A stretch of 64,000 nucleotides of DNA from positions 16,027,292 to 16,091,291 of the forward strand of contig OZ037767.1 in the NCBI GenBank assembly GCA_964035545.1, given 5' to 3'. The notes beneath the pieces were generated by a model. That model was not told where the DNA came from, searched no databases, and saw nothing but the letters and a program-made list of their open reading frames with translations. A program made the translations under genes and the position numbers. Position 1 is the stretch's first letter. The number at the start of each line of letters is the position of its first letter. Positions 52,347-64,000 of the stretch are shown one piece after another. This DNA is from Bugula neritina (lineage: Eukaryota > Animalia > Bryozoa).

Positions 52347-53846
52347 AGGTGATGTCCCTCCTTTCCTATCCGTGATGGTACAGCAGGTGGTGCTCCAGTA
52401 CAGACCCTTCTCACGCTAGTGCTCACAGACAATTACTCAGTGTAACAATATAGTAACCTACCAGTATACAGCTCTACCTCTACAAACTATTCCCTTATAG
52501 TGCCTCCCGCCGGTGCCATTGTACATTTACTGTTATATTTTTTTTATGTATGTATATGTTTCTTACTACTGTACATAGCCATGTTTTTCTTTGTGTGCCA
52601 CACGCTCTCTCAGTTTTTATATATATATAGTTTTATAACATTTTATGTTTGAATTATCTAATCTGTGTTATCAGAAAGTAGGGCTTTCTGCTGGAGGGGG
52701 CGGTGTAGTGAGGACGTAATACGCGCGTCCCCCGCATTCCTTCAGCCTATCCAAGTGCGTCACGTGATAGGCCTTAGTTAGTTAGTAGTAGTTTTGCAAT
52801 AGAGAGAGCGTGCTAACTAAGCGAAGATGTAATCTCTAATCTGTGTACGAGCTGTATCTTTTATATAATTAGTAGTAAATAAACTTGGAAGCTTTTACCT
52901 AAATACTTTATTGGTGTAGATAAATAGACATAATTACAAGCTAGGAACCCACGCATAGTAGTTACATAAATTACTACAATATCAGTTGTTCTGATGCCGG
53001 GGTGCGTGTAATGGTTCTATCCAGTTGGTTCCAGAATCGCTGCTCATCCTGCTGTTTGCAACCCTGTCATGCAGGGTGCATATACGGTCACTATTTTGTA
53101 TGTCTTCTCAGGTGTTATTAATTTCTTTGCCATTTTTCTTTCAGACGCTCTCTTAGTTGCTATTACTTTGTCTTGCCACTCTTCACTAAGGCATATTGCA
53201 ACTCCATTTCTCGGTCTTCCACCTCCGCTATAGTATAGTTTATAAACATCTCCGATGTTTCTTGTCTTTCCTCTTGATTTGCCACCTGTCTATCGCGTTT
53301 CCTTCAAGCATACTATGTGTACTTTTCTTTCATTCATCTTGTCTGTTACCTCGCCGCTTTTTCTTGTTAGGGTGCCTATATCAAAAGAAGTCAACCTCAA
53401 CTTTGTTTGCCTCGCTCGTTTTCTTTTCACAGCGTCAATGCATAAGTGCCATTGCGCATCGCTTCCGGGATATGCTCTAGTGTTAGCTGTCTATATTCTG
53501 ATTGCCTCTGGCATAATTGTTTGTGGGGCATGTTTTATTAAGGACTGGATGCTCTTCCTGATGTCCACCCTCTGTGTTTACCTGGGCTCAGGACCGGCTG
53601 TTTGCTCCCCTGGTTTGCTGAGCATTCAGGAAACATTCTGACTATCATGTATACCAATGTTATTACCTGCCTTTGTTTAACATAAATTTTCATGTCTTTA
53701 TATGTAAAGTTGGTTGTTGATGGTCTGGTTGAGACCTAGAACTTAATAGGTCAGTCTTTGGTTGGGAAAGTGAAGGACAAACCTTCACCGATGTAGGTTA
53801 AATATTATGCGTATCTTTTACAGGGTTTCCTTATCATATAACCAAG

Positions 53847-56800
53847 ATGGAAGAATCCAGAGTTGTGAAAAAAAGACTAAACAATTCGTATCGCTGTGGG
53901 TACTGCTCGCAGTACTTCAACAAACTTGAAGATCCCAGAACTCTGCCCTGTCTGCATGTGTACTGCATGAGATGTTTGAAGACTGACATCGGTGGTAGGA
54001 AGGATCATATCAGATGTGCTTATTGTAGGTGAGTTACAGTACATAACACAATATATCATGTCATAGGCTTGCATGTGATTTTCTCACCATCATCTAGGAG
54101 TTGTCTGATCTGTGTCTATGGAAAGCTAACAATACTGTATATTCTATATTAACTCGGGTTACTAACTTGTGGATAATGAATAAATTTTTACTAATCATTT
54201 AAATTCAATTTATATGCTCCCATTTTTGTATTTTCTACCGTCTATAGTTTTATATAATTGAGTTTTCCTAATCATTGTAATTGAAGTCAAAGTTTTGACA
54301 TCTAAAAAGGTGGCTATCATAATTATTAAGTACTTTGCTTGGTAATTAACAATAAGTTCTCACTTTTATTAGCAAACAACATTTTAGCAAGCAATCTTCT
54401 TCTACTTCTTAGATCGTTCTGGCCTCTTTCCATGGATTGATCGATCTGAGATCAATTTATGTAAAGACAGTGATTGTGTTGTATAGTCTGTCGTCTATAT
54501 ATTATATGAATGTGTGTTGATGAGTGATGAGTATCTTTTTGAGTATTTGTCAAGGACATATAGCTGTGTGTGTTGATGGAGTATTTCATTACTTCAGACA
54601 TCATATTATATTAGACTTCCTGGTATACTAAACAGAGATAACACACTGAATAATATATTGTAGGAAAGATCACTATGACATAACAGACCCCACTACTCTA
54701 CCTGTCGCAAAGCATGGAGACCCCTTGGAATATAAATCTCCACCCAAACCTGCACCCATGCCTTGCGATGTTTGTAAAGATGGAACAGAAGCTGCCACAT
54801 TCTGTGTCGACAGTCAAAAGAGGTTGTGTCAGCAGCATCAAGAAGTGAGTCTTTCTTATATCATTTCTCAATATTGGTTACTAAACCAGTTCTGGTTTGT
54901 GTGTAGAATATTATTGAAAAGAAATGTTGAGTCTGTGTGACTTTTTATACTAAACACACAGTTTCACAGTGCAGTGAGTCAACTATGACAGACTTGTTGG
55001 TGAAAATACAACCAACTAAACTGTTGACCTTTATTATACAGAATCACAGAGAGCTGATGGGAGATAGACATCAGTTTATTGACATTGAGGTCTACAGAGC
55101 TTCTCCCCAAAGATATACTATAACTGAATGTGAACATCATAAACAGGAACAGCTGACAGAAGTGTGTTCCAAGTGTCACCAGATATTCTGTATGAGATGT
55201 GATATGAGGACTGGCTGTAAGGATAAGACAGGTATTTACTTGCTGTTTCTATTTTTGTAGAAAGAAACTGGGAAATATTACACGAACCTGTTATTGATTA
55301 TTCTATCATTAAAATAAGTTATGTAACAGCAAAAGAGGCCGTAGGTTTTTCAGACTGAGTTGATATGAATATTGAAACTAGATCTTGTGAAAAAAATTAA
55401 AAAAGACACGCTAACGGCTGGAGGTATTTGTCAACATATTAAGGTTTGTGTGAGACAGAAGTGCATAGTGCAGGAGTTTATATTCTAACTGTTATGTTGA
55501 ATATTCAGTATATTTCATCCTTCAAGTGTCTGTTTCCTTGATAAGATGGCATAGACATAACTTTAACTCACCAGTGTCCCACCTTTTTCAAACCATTCCG
55601 CCTTTTTATAAGTGTTTTCTATGAAGTTTCCCCCTTTTAAGAAACACTATTTTATATTTATAAAGAAAATCTGGGACAGGTTCTTTTCCCTAATAATTCT
55701 TTGAGTGTAAGAAAAGTCACTTAGTTTTTGACATAGAACAGTGTCTGCAACAACTTCAGTTATTAGCTTTGAAAGCATTGATGCTGCTATTAAAAGCTGT
55801 GAGTTGATGATTATATATAACTCATTCATTTTAGATTCAGATTTTTTAGTGGAGCAAATATATCTACTAGGTATGCAGTAACTTGTTTATAGGGATCAGT
55901 TTGACTGGCTGCAAAAAATTTCCTGTTGTTTTTTGCATTAAAGAAACTTTTTAACCTCCATTTGTAGTAGGACAGGTAGCAGCTAGGGTAGAGTGAATAT
56001 TAGACACATGGATGTAGAAGTAAACTTAGATTATAAAGTGTAGTGTGGATAAATAAGTGAACTAAATAAAACGGAGGTTTTATAGTTATACATATACATG
56101 TAACTTAGAATACAAGGGAAGCGCTTAAAGAGCTGGAACAAACTGTGTGAATTTTTTAAAAATCAAAACCCCTTTTAAGCCCAAATTCTGCACAAGGAGG
56201 AGCTCCCCTGAGGTTGGAGCTACTGCTTTAAATTTTTTAACTACATTATTCCAAGTGCAGTGAATAATGAGCTAACCATGTGACATCTTTCTAGAATGTC
56301 CTTTTGTGTAAATTAGTGCTAGAGAAAGGTCAGCTATGATCAACTCAGATAGCAATACTTGAGACAGAGTCCAACTGTTTAGTAATTACATAGTATGTGC
56401 ATAGTGATACATCATCAAACTGTATAGTTACAGGTAGTAGGTGTACAATATCATATCTAAAAGTATATTACTTTTATTAATAGTGTGATTTTATGTATAC
56501 AGAAGAGACAGTAGCATCCCATGACTTGGCATCTTTGAGTGATTTGTCTTGTGAGTTACGAGAGAGTCTGACTGGTGGAATAGAGACTCTGTCTGAGAAA
56601 GTTGCAAAGTTGAATGACATCTCAAAGGATGCCTGGAAAGAACTGAGTAAAATAGAAGATGAAGTGAAGAAGATGGTTGCCAGAGTAAACGCTGTAGCTG
56701 ATGCTCAGGTATGCTGACATATGGTGATGTCATCTAATGTATTTCTGTTTGTCTGAAATTAGGTTTTGCATTTGGTCTTTCAGTTGTAATCAGAAATGAA

Positions 56801-59646
56801 TTTCATTTGTCATTCAAATTAACTGGCCATTAAAGCATTATCATTCTGTGTGCAGGTAGCAGTAGTCATTCATCATATGTAAGCCTAGGGCCACACGGTG
56901 CGTATTTTCGCATATACGAAAATTGAAATCACAAGTAGCAAAGGTGTCCACTGTATGCGTTGAGAAAACATTCGCACTTGTCGCTCAGCATTCTCAACGC
57001 AAGTGCGAATTGTCTCTGTCGTCGTCACTTAATTGGCTGGTAGTTATTCAGCGAGCCCAATTTCTTTATTTTAGTACTACATTCCAGTAAATTGCGTTTT
57101 ATTAAAAGTGAGTGCGATTTAAAAATGAAAGCTTCATTTATCACGCATCACTGGCGCTACAGTGGACACCTTTGCTACTTGTGATTTCAATTTTCGCATG
57201 CGAAAATACGCACCGTGTGGCCCTAGGCTTACTCAGTGCAGAGGAACCTGCATGTCAATACAGATGACTCAATCATCCTTCTGCAACTGTCAATCAATCA
57301 CTCAGAGAGAGGTTGGCGGTGTGAGTGATTGACAGGTGTCAGGAGGAGGAGACTAGTCACATTATGTACTAACTCTCTGCTGTGTATTATGAAGTGTCAC
57401 GTGACTGAGTCATTGTATTCTTAGTGGGTGATTTGTCACTTTCATTTCAAGTGTAGAGGTTGTGAGGTGCAGATGTGGTTATCCTGTGTTACTATTTATT
57501 AGATAGAAAAGATTAGAAAGAGGGCTACAAACCTGAGGCTAGAAATATATGGATATTTGAAAAGCTGCACACAGATAGTGGATAATTATAGAATAGATCT
57601 GGCCTTGAGTAAGACAATGGGCAGACAGTCTCTGCTGGACACAGTACAACATGCAGTTGATAAGTTCAATGATGCAGGGATTGTGAGAGAATACAAAGAG
57701 ATGAGTGAGAAGATAAAAAAGGCTACAGATATTGGTGTAATAGAGAAGTGTGTACTTCCAGACAGCATCTTGGTACCAACATGTAGGTGGAGTCTATAAA
57801 TAGTAACACTAACTGTAAGTGATTGTCTGCCTGTAATCAGTTAAATTGCTTTTATCGAATATTTTAATAGGAGAATAAAGAGAAACCTCTGATAATTCGA
57901 AAAATTGATGGAATTTATTTATTAGAGAATTGAGTTTTGTTCTACTCTCACATTATGAGACATTTCTGCTGTGTTTCAGAGTTTATGATGTATAAGTGAG
58001 CTGCTAAACTGTGTTATGCTGACTACGTGCTGTCAGTATTAACAAAATATTCTCACTTAGACCTGTGCATCACGTAGCAACTTGTAGTAACTACAGACTG
58101 CTTGTATTTAAAACATCTTTTCATTTCAAGTTTGAAAAGCTGTTCCCCACCTCCTCAGGTGATGAGATTCTCAAGTTATAGTATTGTTGTTTTGTTGTTG
58201 CAGACAGTGAAGACAGTCTGGGGCTGAAGCTGCTGCAGCCACCAGCTTCTCTTCAATCTGATGGACTTCCTGTACGTGGACAGTGTGTCTCAGTAAATAT
58301 CTCAGCTGATAGACATATGATTTGTCGGACAGGAGGAGGTGTAGAAGTAATAAATAAAGACACTCTGGATACCATCAGCTCAGTGAAGAACACCAACACT
58401 ACAAAGTGGTGGGATATAATCCAACCTGAAGGGGTGATGGTTGGCTGCTGGTATAACAAGAAGGAGAAAACAGCTGAAGTCTCACTTCTTGATCCGAACT
58501 CCTTTGAAAAGTTTCGCTCTGTCTACAAGCAGTCAGTAGATGAGCTCTTCGCTTACTATAGAATAGCTCAGCACCTCTCACTGATCTATATTGTAGACAA
58601 GAGAGAGAAACAGCTGGTAGTCTGTAACCTAGTTGACAATAAAATACAGAAGTTTCCTCTTCCTGAGATGGAGTACCCTCTACCTGTATGCATCCTCCCA
58701 GACTCAACTCTCCTCATAGGAGACTTCACTGTAGATGGTAAAGTGAGAAGATATAAAGTGGAGAACACAACTCTCACTCTAATGTGGGAGTTCCCTCACA
58801 TCTCAGACCCAACTGGTATTTCCTTTGATCCAACATCTGAACTGATTCACATCTGTACACTGAATGGACCTCTCTTCATCCTCTCACTTGAAGGTAAATA
58901 CTCTGTTTATTATAGTAAGTTTAGTTATTTTATATATAATTATGTTGCAGTAAATAATATATTTTAATAATTAACAGTAAACAAATTCTACTCTTAAGAT
59001 ATAATATTGTTAGTATTTATCAAGTCACTGATGTTAATTTTAGCTAAAAGTTATGTAATAAAGACTGTAACATGCTGATAGTAGATGTTACATTCTTCAT
59101 CACATGACTTGTAGCTAATAATAGTATTAGTGAATAATATTGCCTCCCTACAATAAATTTATTTCCAGCTGCAGTAACATGCAGGATGTTAGCACAGGTA
59201 AAAGTGTATATTATACTGTATAAGGTGTACTATGTGTAGTGTGCAGTGAGCTCTTAGTAAACTCTCTATGTGATAATGTTGGAGTAGCTGCAGTAGTATT
59301 AGAAATAGACATGTGGGTGTGTTCTTGCTAAAAGCCACAGGCTAAGTTTGTGGGTCAAGGTCATTACAGTAGTATAATGAGACACTATTTTCTGCTCTGT
59401 TTGAATATTTACTTCATGCATATAACCTGCTTAGTTCCATCTTTACAGGAAGTCTGTCTGTTTCTCTTAATACATACCACCTGCTACAATATGATGCTAT
59501 TATTTACAGGTCAACTGGTGCTTACAGTTCCCAGAAAAAGTCTTGGTGTGAGTGGCCGGGTGCTGGACATTGCTGTGTATAACAGAAACACTGTGTTTCT
59601 AGCATGTGGATGTGATGGTCTAAAGAGATACACAATAAAATACTAA
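53847..59646 (+). CDS. TRIM/RBCC beta-propeller E3 ligase, copy B (exons 53847-54028, 54664-54844, 55042-55231, 56503-56708, 57503-57782, 58204-58893, 59510-59646)
   Basis: Same exon structure as copy A, open frame throughout, in-frame 15-nt indel in exon 6. Confidence 0.9.
56882..57229. mobile_element. Palindromic MITE (Harbinger-like) in TRIM-B intron 4
   Basis: ~70-bp TIRs agcctagggccacacggtgcgtattttcgcat...atgcgaaaatacgcaccgtgtggccctaggct; TA/TWA target; empty site atgttactc at ~27604. Confidence 0.9.
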
Positions 59647-60539
59647 ACTTATCAGCTACAGTTTACTAATAATCAGCTCAGTGAGGTACTGAGAGATAAA
59701 ATGGATAATATTTGTCATCAATATAATTATATTCATTACAATTCAATACACACACTAATGATAGTGTCCGGTATATTATATTGTGTGTGTCATTTACACT
59801 GTAATTATACTTCAGTATATTATTCCATGTTCAACAGAACTTGCACTGCTTATATGCATTATTTTATGGTAATTGTCATGAATTGTAGTTATTTAAGATA
59901 TTTGACTGTATAAAATATGTGTTGCTATTTTACTATCTAATAAAAGTTTATTTGTTAGTGAAAAGATATTTTGTTTTCATGCCTCATTAGCTTTAGTTCA
60001 AGTTGAGTTTGGTTACTAAAAAATAATCTTTACTGGAGCAGTAACTGTAAATGACTCCTCTGTGGGAAAATGCATTCACTGAATTGACAATCAGGTGCAA
60101 GTAACTCCAACATGACTGTAGGCAAGTTTTTCCAAACATATATAAAATACATTTTATTGCTGTGTATACAACAGCATTGAGTAGCCAATCAAATTGTTTC
60201 TTGTTGTGCATTTAGGAATCTGATAAATAATAATATATAAGGCAATCAACTAGATATAAACACTGTTTTACTCTACACATGAGCTGTCTGTGATACAGTC
60301 GCTTTGTAAAATGTGTTTCATTTGATCAGTTTAGTTCAATTGGTTGCAGTTTAATTATGATGTGTTGCCCTATTCACCTGGTAGAAATACCATGTGTACT
60401 GACAGAGGACAACTCCTAAGCATGTCTAAAGGCTTCCTTTTAGTAAACAAGATATCACAATGCTATCATCTGATTGGACAATTCTGTTCTCATGAAACTG
60501 CAATTAGTGCTCTTGTGTGAATTGAGACAAGTTGCCACG

Positions 60540-61310
60540 TTGGCTTTATAAAATGCAAATAGTGCAGGAAAAGCTGAATCTGCCGCATATTGAGAGAGCA
60601 AAAGTATAATACTGTAGTAGATTACATAACACTTTAATAACTGCTGTTTTTATTCATGTTAGCTGCTTCGAAATCAGCAGCTATTAGTCTGTATACATGA
60701 CGCTGTCACATATTCTCATACTGCATATTATATTTATAAAGTAAATAATCTGCAACTAAAGTAGCATAAGCATGTTTACATAATATCAAATCATTTATTG
60801 CATATATTTTTCTTATATAGTGGGTTCACAAGTGTTGGGCTATTATGTTAACAAAATTCAATTTATCTTTCTGTATTTTCATTTGTAAAATAATCATAAT
60901 TATGATAGGTGTAAATGTGTAATAGATTAATTATATACATATAAATTCAAAGTGTGCAAACTTTTCTAAACATCAAACTGCTAATTAGTTTTATGCTCTC
61001 AAGTTTTAAAATGTTTTTTGAGTTTGCAAGTTTTAACAGCCTAAGCTAAACTTTCTTGATTATTATTATTGTTATTATTCTCCCGTATACCAGACATGCT
61101 GAAGTATAAATGTAACTTGAATAGGTGTGCATACATACAGATATCTTTTATTTTATCCAATAATAGATTGCAATCCTTATGTTGCCTACAGGTGCCTAAC
61201 AGCAAAGTTGAATGAAAAGATAAGAGAACTAAAAATCTGATGTTGTAGTAGATTACATAACATTTTAATAACTGCTGCCTTTCTTTATAGTTACTCCAGC
61301 ATATTTTGAC

Positions 61311-61384
<74 letters not shown>

Positions 61385-61526
61385 GTATGCTGATTGTCAA
61401 TCTAGTTGGAGTTCCAGCAAAGTAAAGTGCTCGATATCACGGGTGACAGAGCTAATATAATGTAGTGTGTTCAGATTTTTAAATAAAAAAATATATATGT
61501 ATCATTAACAATCTGAACACACTACG

Positions 61527-61581
<55 letters not shown>

Positions 61582-63095
61582 AGTACAATTGAAGTTTACA
61601 AAATATATACAATTTAATACAATATATAGTTTTCTTGGATCAAGTTCAAACAATGTTGTGTTTGCTGACGTGATGTTAACAGAATTCAAACATCTATTGA
61701 AAATGGCTTCAACGTAGCATCATGCTTCTCTATCTTTATTTATGAAATAAATAAATTAACTGTGTAATGGTTGAATCCCGTACAAAAGTTTAAAGTGTGC
61801 CTCTTTTCTAAAAGTTAAACTGCTAAGTTTTTATATGCTTTCAGGGTATAAAAACTGTTTGCTAAGTTTGTAAGTTCTTTTGGTATTTTATTACCTGAGC
61901 TACTATATTTTTTCTAAATATAAACTTGAAATTATAACAGTATGGTAATTATAGATCATAACATTTAATACAAAATTATGTTGATTAAAAATAGTCAAAA
62001 CCATTTTTATATTTTGGTATAATTCTCAGACTCCATCAGCAGTTGAAAAAAAATCTTTTAAGTATTTTGCCATCAGTCTTTAATAATAAAGGCGTAAACT
62101 TTTCAGCTAAACAAATTAGTTTATAGTTAATTTTACAAGCCAGGAGATAAAAGGTTCAGCATTATCCTATATAGTATATACCATAATTATTATGTAATAA
62201 GATCCACTTTCAAAGAACTGACACCAAGGGAAAAGCCATGTAATTACTGGTCACTCTGAGAAGATTAAAGATTGAAAAACGCAGAAAGCCAAGAATTAAA
62301 GCCTGTAATAAGGTAATAGCTAAAATCTAGAGATATAATGATTACTATTTTAAGTAAAATAACCTATATAACATAATTATTATGTGTAATAAGATCTGCA
62401 TTGAAAAGACTGAAACCTTTGAAAAGGTTCTGTATATAATTACTGACCAATCTCGAAGGATTGAGAAATTGAGAAATGCTCAGGGTCAGCATTTGTCCTC
62501 TACCAAGATAATTATTATGTAATAAGATCTAATTTTATAAGACTCACTACTAAAGAAAAGCTGTATACTGACCAATCAGAAAGGATTAGAATTAAAAATC
62601 TCAGAAAGTCAAGAATCGAAGTCTGTGATTATAAAGTTACATAACGTACTGGCACTAGCTGGTAATTACAGTCAGTTTCGGTAAGTGCTGTAAATTTGGG
62701 CTGAACCTATGGAATCTCTCCTTGCTATGAAATCCCTCCTGAGTTGTTTGTACATACAACTTTGATGTGTGATTTGTTTTTATTTATAAGGTTTGTCTTG
62801 AACATCAAAGAATTGTAGCCCAAACAGCTACATGGAAGCGGTTGATTCTAGCTCTATTTCCGTGAATACAGATGTGCAACTGCACCTGATACTTGTTAAA
62901 CAGCTCTACCAGTATTAATATCAAACTCGATTTTGTTTTAACCAATAGATAAAACAGTAAATGAAACGTACAGGATGTGTGTTTTGACTAGTTATACTCT
63001 AAAATTGCAGCGAATTAAACTTTTCATTGATTTGCAAGTATCTCCTATCACTTGATAAATCTATTAAACTTGTTTTAAAATATTTCAAAGTTTGA
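60540..63095 (+). repeat. Diverged further copies of the modular repeat found at 18.4-22.3 kb and 39.6-42.6 kb, with (TA)n tracts
   Basis: Motifs ttttcagctaaacaaattag and gactcac...aaaagctgta...ctgaccaatc...ggatta...ctcagaaag recur near 62100, 62220, 62410 and 62540; 62910-63095 matches 34177-34360. Confidence 0.8.
61457..61531. repeat. Small inverted repeat between two (TA)n tracts
   Basis: aatgtagtgtgttcagatt ... aatctgaacacactacgtt. Confidence 0.7.
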
Positions 63096-64000
63096 TTTTA
63101 TTATGTATTAACAGCGTGGATACGACTTGTTCAAATCGAGCTTCTCGAATCCAGCCTCTGTTCTTTACCACAACTCATCGCCTTTACATCGGCCTCAACA
63201 CCAGGCTCCACAACCCTCACTAACTTCTAGTCTGTTAACTCCACCACTGAGTGAACGTAGCAGCCACTGAACTGAAACTTATAGTTCAATGGTAGCAGCA
63301 GCAGTGTAGGTGAGTTATAGGGTAGACAACTCTAGTTCTTATTTGACAACATTTGAAAATAATTGATGACTCCTATAATAAAATGATTAGCATAACATTA
63401 TATATAGTTGAAAATAGTTTTTAACAACCAGGTTTTAAATTTTGAGCTTTTAGGTATAAATAATGAAGAAAGCAATCAAATAAATAGACTAAATTATTTG
63501 AATTTATAGAAGTTACTCTCTCTTTACTGGGAAAATCTTTTGGTAGAACTACAAGCTATGCTAGATGCATATTTAATACTATTACATATATCTATTTAGC
63601 CCTGAGTATAGAAAACTTTTGGACTGCTTCTGAATTTTTGTAGGCACGATAAAATATAGGCTGTTAGTACTTGTTTTTTATGATTGCAGCTATATATATT
63701 ATTTTTGATTACAGAGTCCTCGAATGAAGGAGTTTCTTCCCCTACATCAACCAAATCGGCCATCTTGGATTTGAGAAAATCTACTGCTAAAGAAACATCA
63801 TTAAAACGAAAAACACCAAACAAAGGTAATCCTAAACTTGAATGTCTATTTTGTTAGGTTTGCTGAGTATATGCAGCGTCATAAATAATATTATTTTGAT
63901 CTAGTATCTGCAAGGTATAGTTGTTGTTTTATTTTAAATGTCTAGTCAAAATTGTGCTTTCAACATCTTTACATAACACACGTTACATTCGTAAGCATAT
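63092..64000 (+). pseudogene. Partial duplicate of the Insm gene (exons 63115-63309, 63715-63825), 5'-truncated, premature stop; continues past the window end
   Basis: Near-identical to ~13468-14340; begins inside an intron; a 35-nt gain in the first exon gives AGC CAC TGA. Confidence 0.9.
63265..63291. mobile_element. 27-bp hairpin insertion with 8-bp TSD (hAT-type remnant)
   Basis: GTAGCAGC [CACTGAACT gaaacttat AGTTCAATG] GTAGCAGC; absent from the parent exon at ~13633. Confidence 0.8.

Larger units (their letters stand above)
47587..52978 (+). mobile_element. Young non-autonomous chimeric Ty3/Gypsy element: LTR1 (47587-47861), PBS, gag, deleted pol, ORF3a, PPT, LTR2 (51412-51762), truncated ORF3b, PPT, LTR1 (52704-52978)
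   Basis: 275-bp TG...CA LTRs with one visible mismatch; TSD ATAT (47583-47586, 52979-52982); empty site gcaaatatcag at ~23724. Confidence 0.95.
47330..53590 (-). mobile_element. RTE LINE fragment, copy B, interrupted by the LTR element
   Basis: Homologous to 23440-24330 on both sides of the insertion. Confidence 0.85.
38790..60525 (+). repeat. Segmental duplication copy B, expanded by about 9.5 kb of insertions
   Basis: Colinear with 17700-30920 once insertions at 42772-46558, 47587-52978 and ~56882-57229 are removed. Confidence 0.93.

Noticed and set aside
17700-60525. Copies A and B as an uncollapsed haplotype artefact
   Set aside because: Different flanking gene fragments, a third diverged module set and many differences favour true paralogy; read depth is still needed to exclude it.

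Overview
AT-rich, intron-containing animal (invertebrate) genomic DNA; no prokaryotic features or CRISPR. In order: the 3' part of an Lmx1-type LIM-homeobox gene, whose homeodomain intron holds a 1.6-kb perfect 12-bp minisatellite; an Insm/nerfin zinc-finger gene; then two copies of a segmental duplication (~17.7-30.9 kb and ~38.8-60.5 kb). Each copy carries an intact 7-exon TRIM gene (RING-Bbox-Bbox-coiled coil-beta-propeller), and the two propeller domains are disproportionately diverged. After copy A lie a decayed Ty3/Gypsy element and a 5'-truncated, frameshifted Bub1 kinase fragment with minisatellite-filled introns. After copy B lies a partial, inactivated duplicate of the Insm gene. Copy B has several insertions whose empty sites are visible in copy A. 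One is a hAT-type foldback element (8-bp TSD) containing a Penelope RT/GIY-YIG element with a minimal hammerhead ribozyme and a solo LTR. Another is a young non-autonomous three-LTR Gypsy chimera carrying two paralogues of an unrecognised zinc-finger/coiled-coil ORF in the env position. The third is a palindromic MITE. All gene models were spliced and translated by eye; no searches were run.
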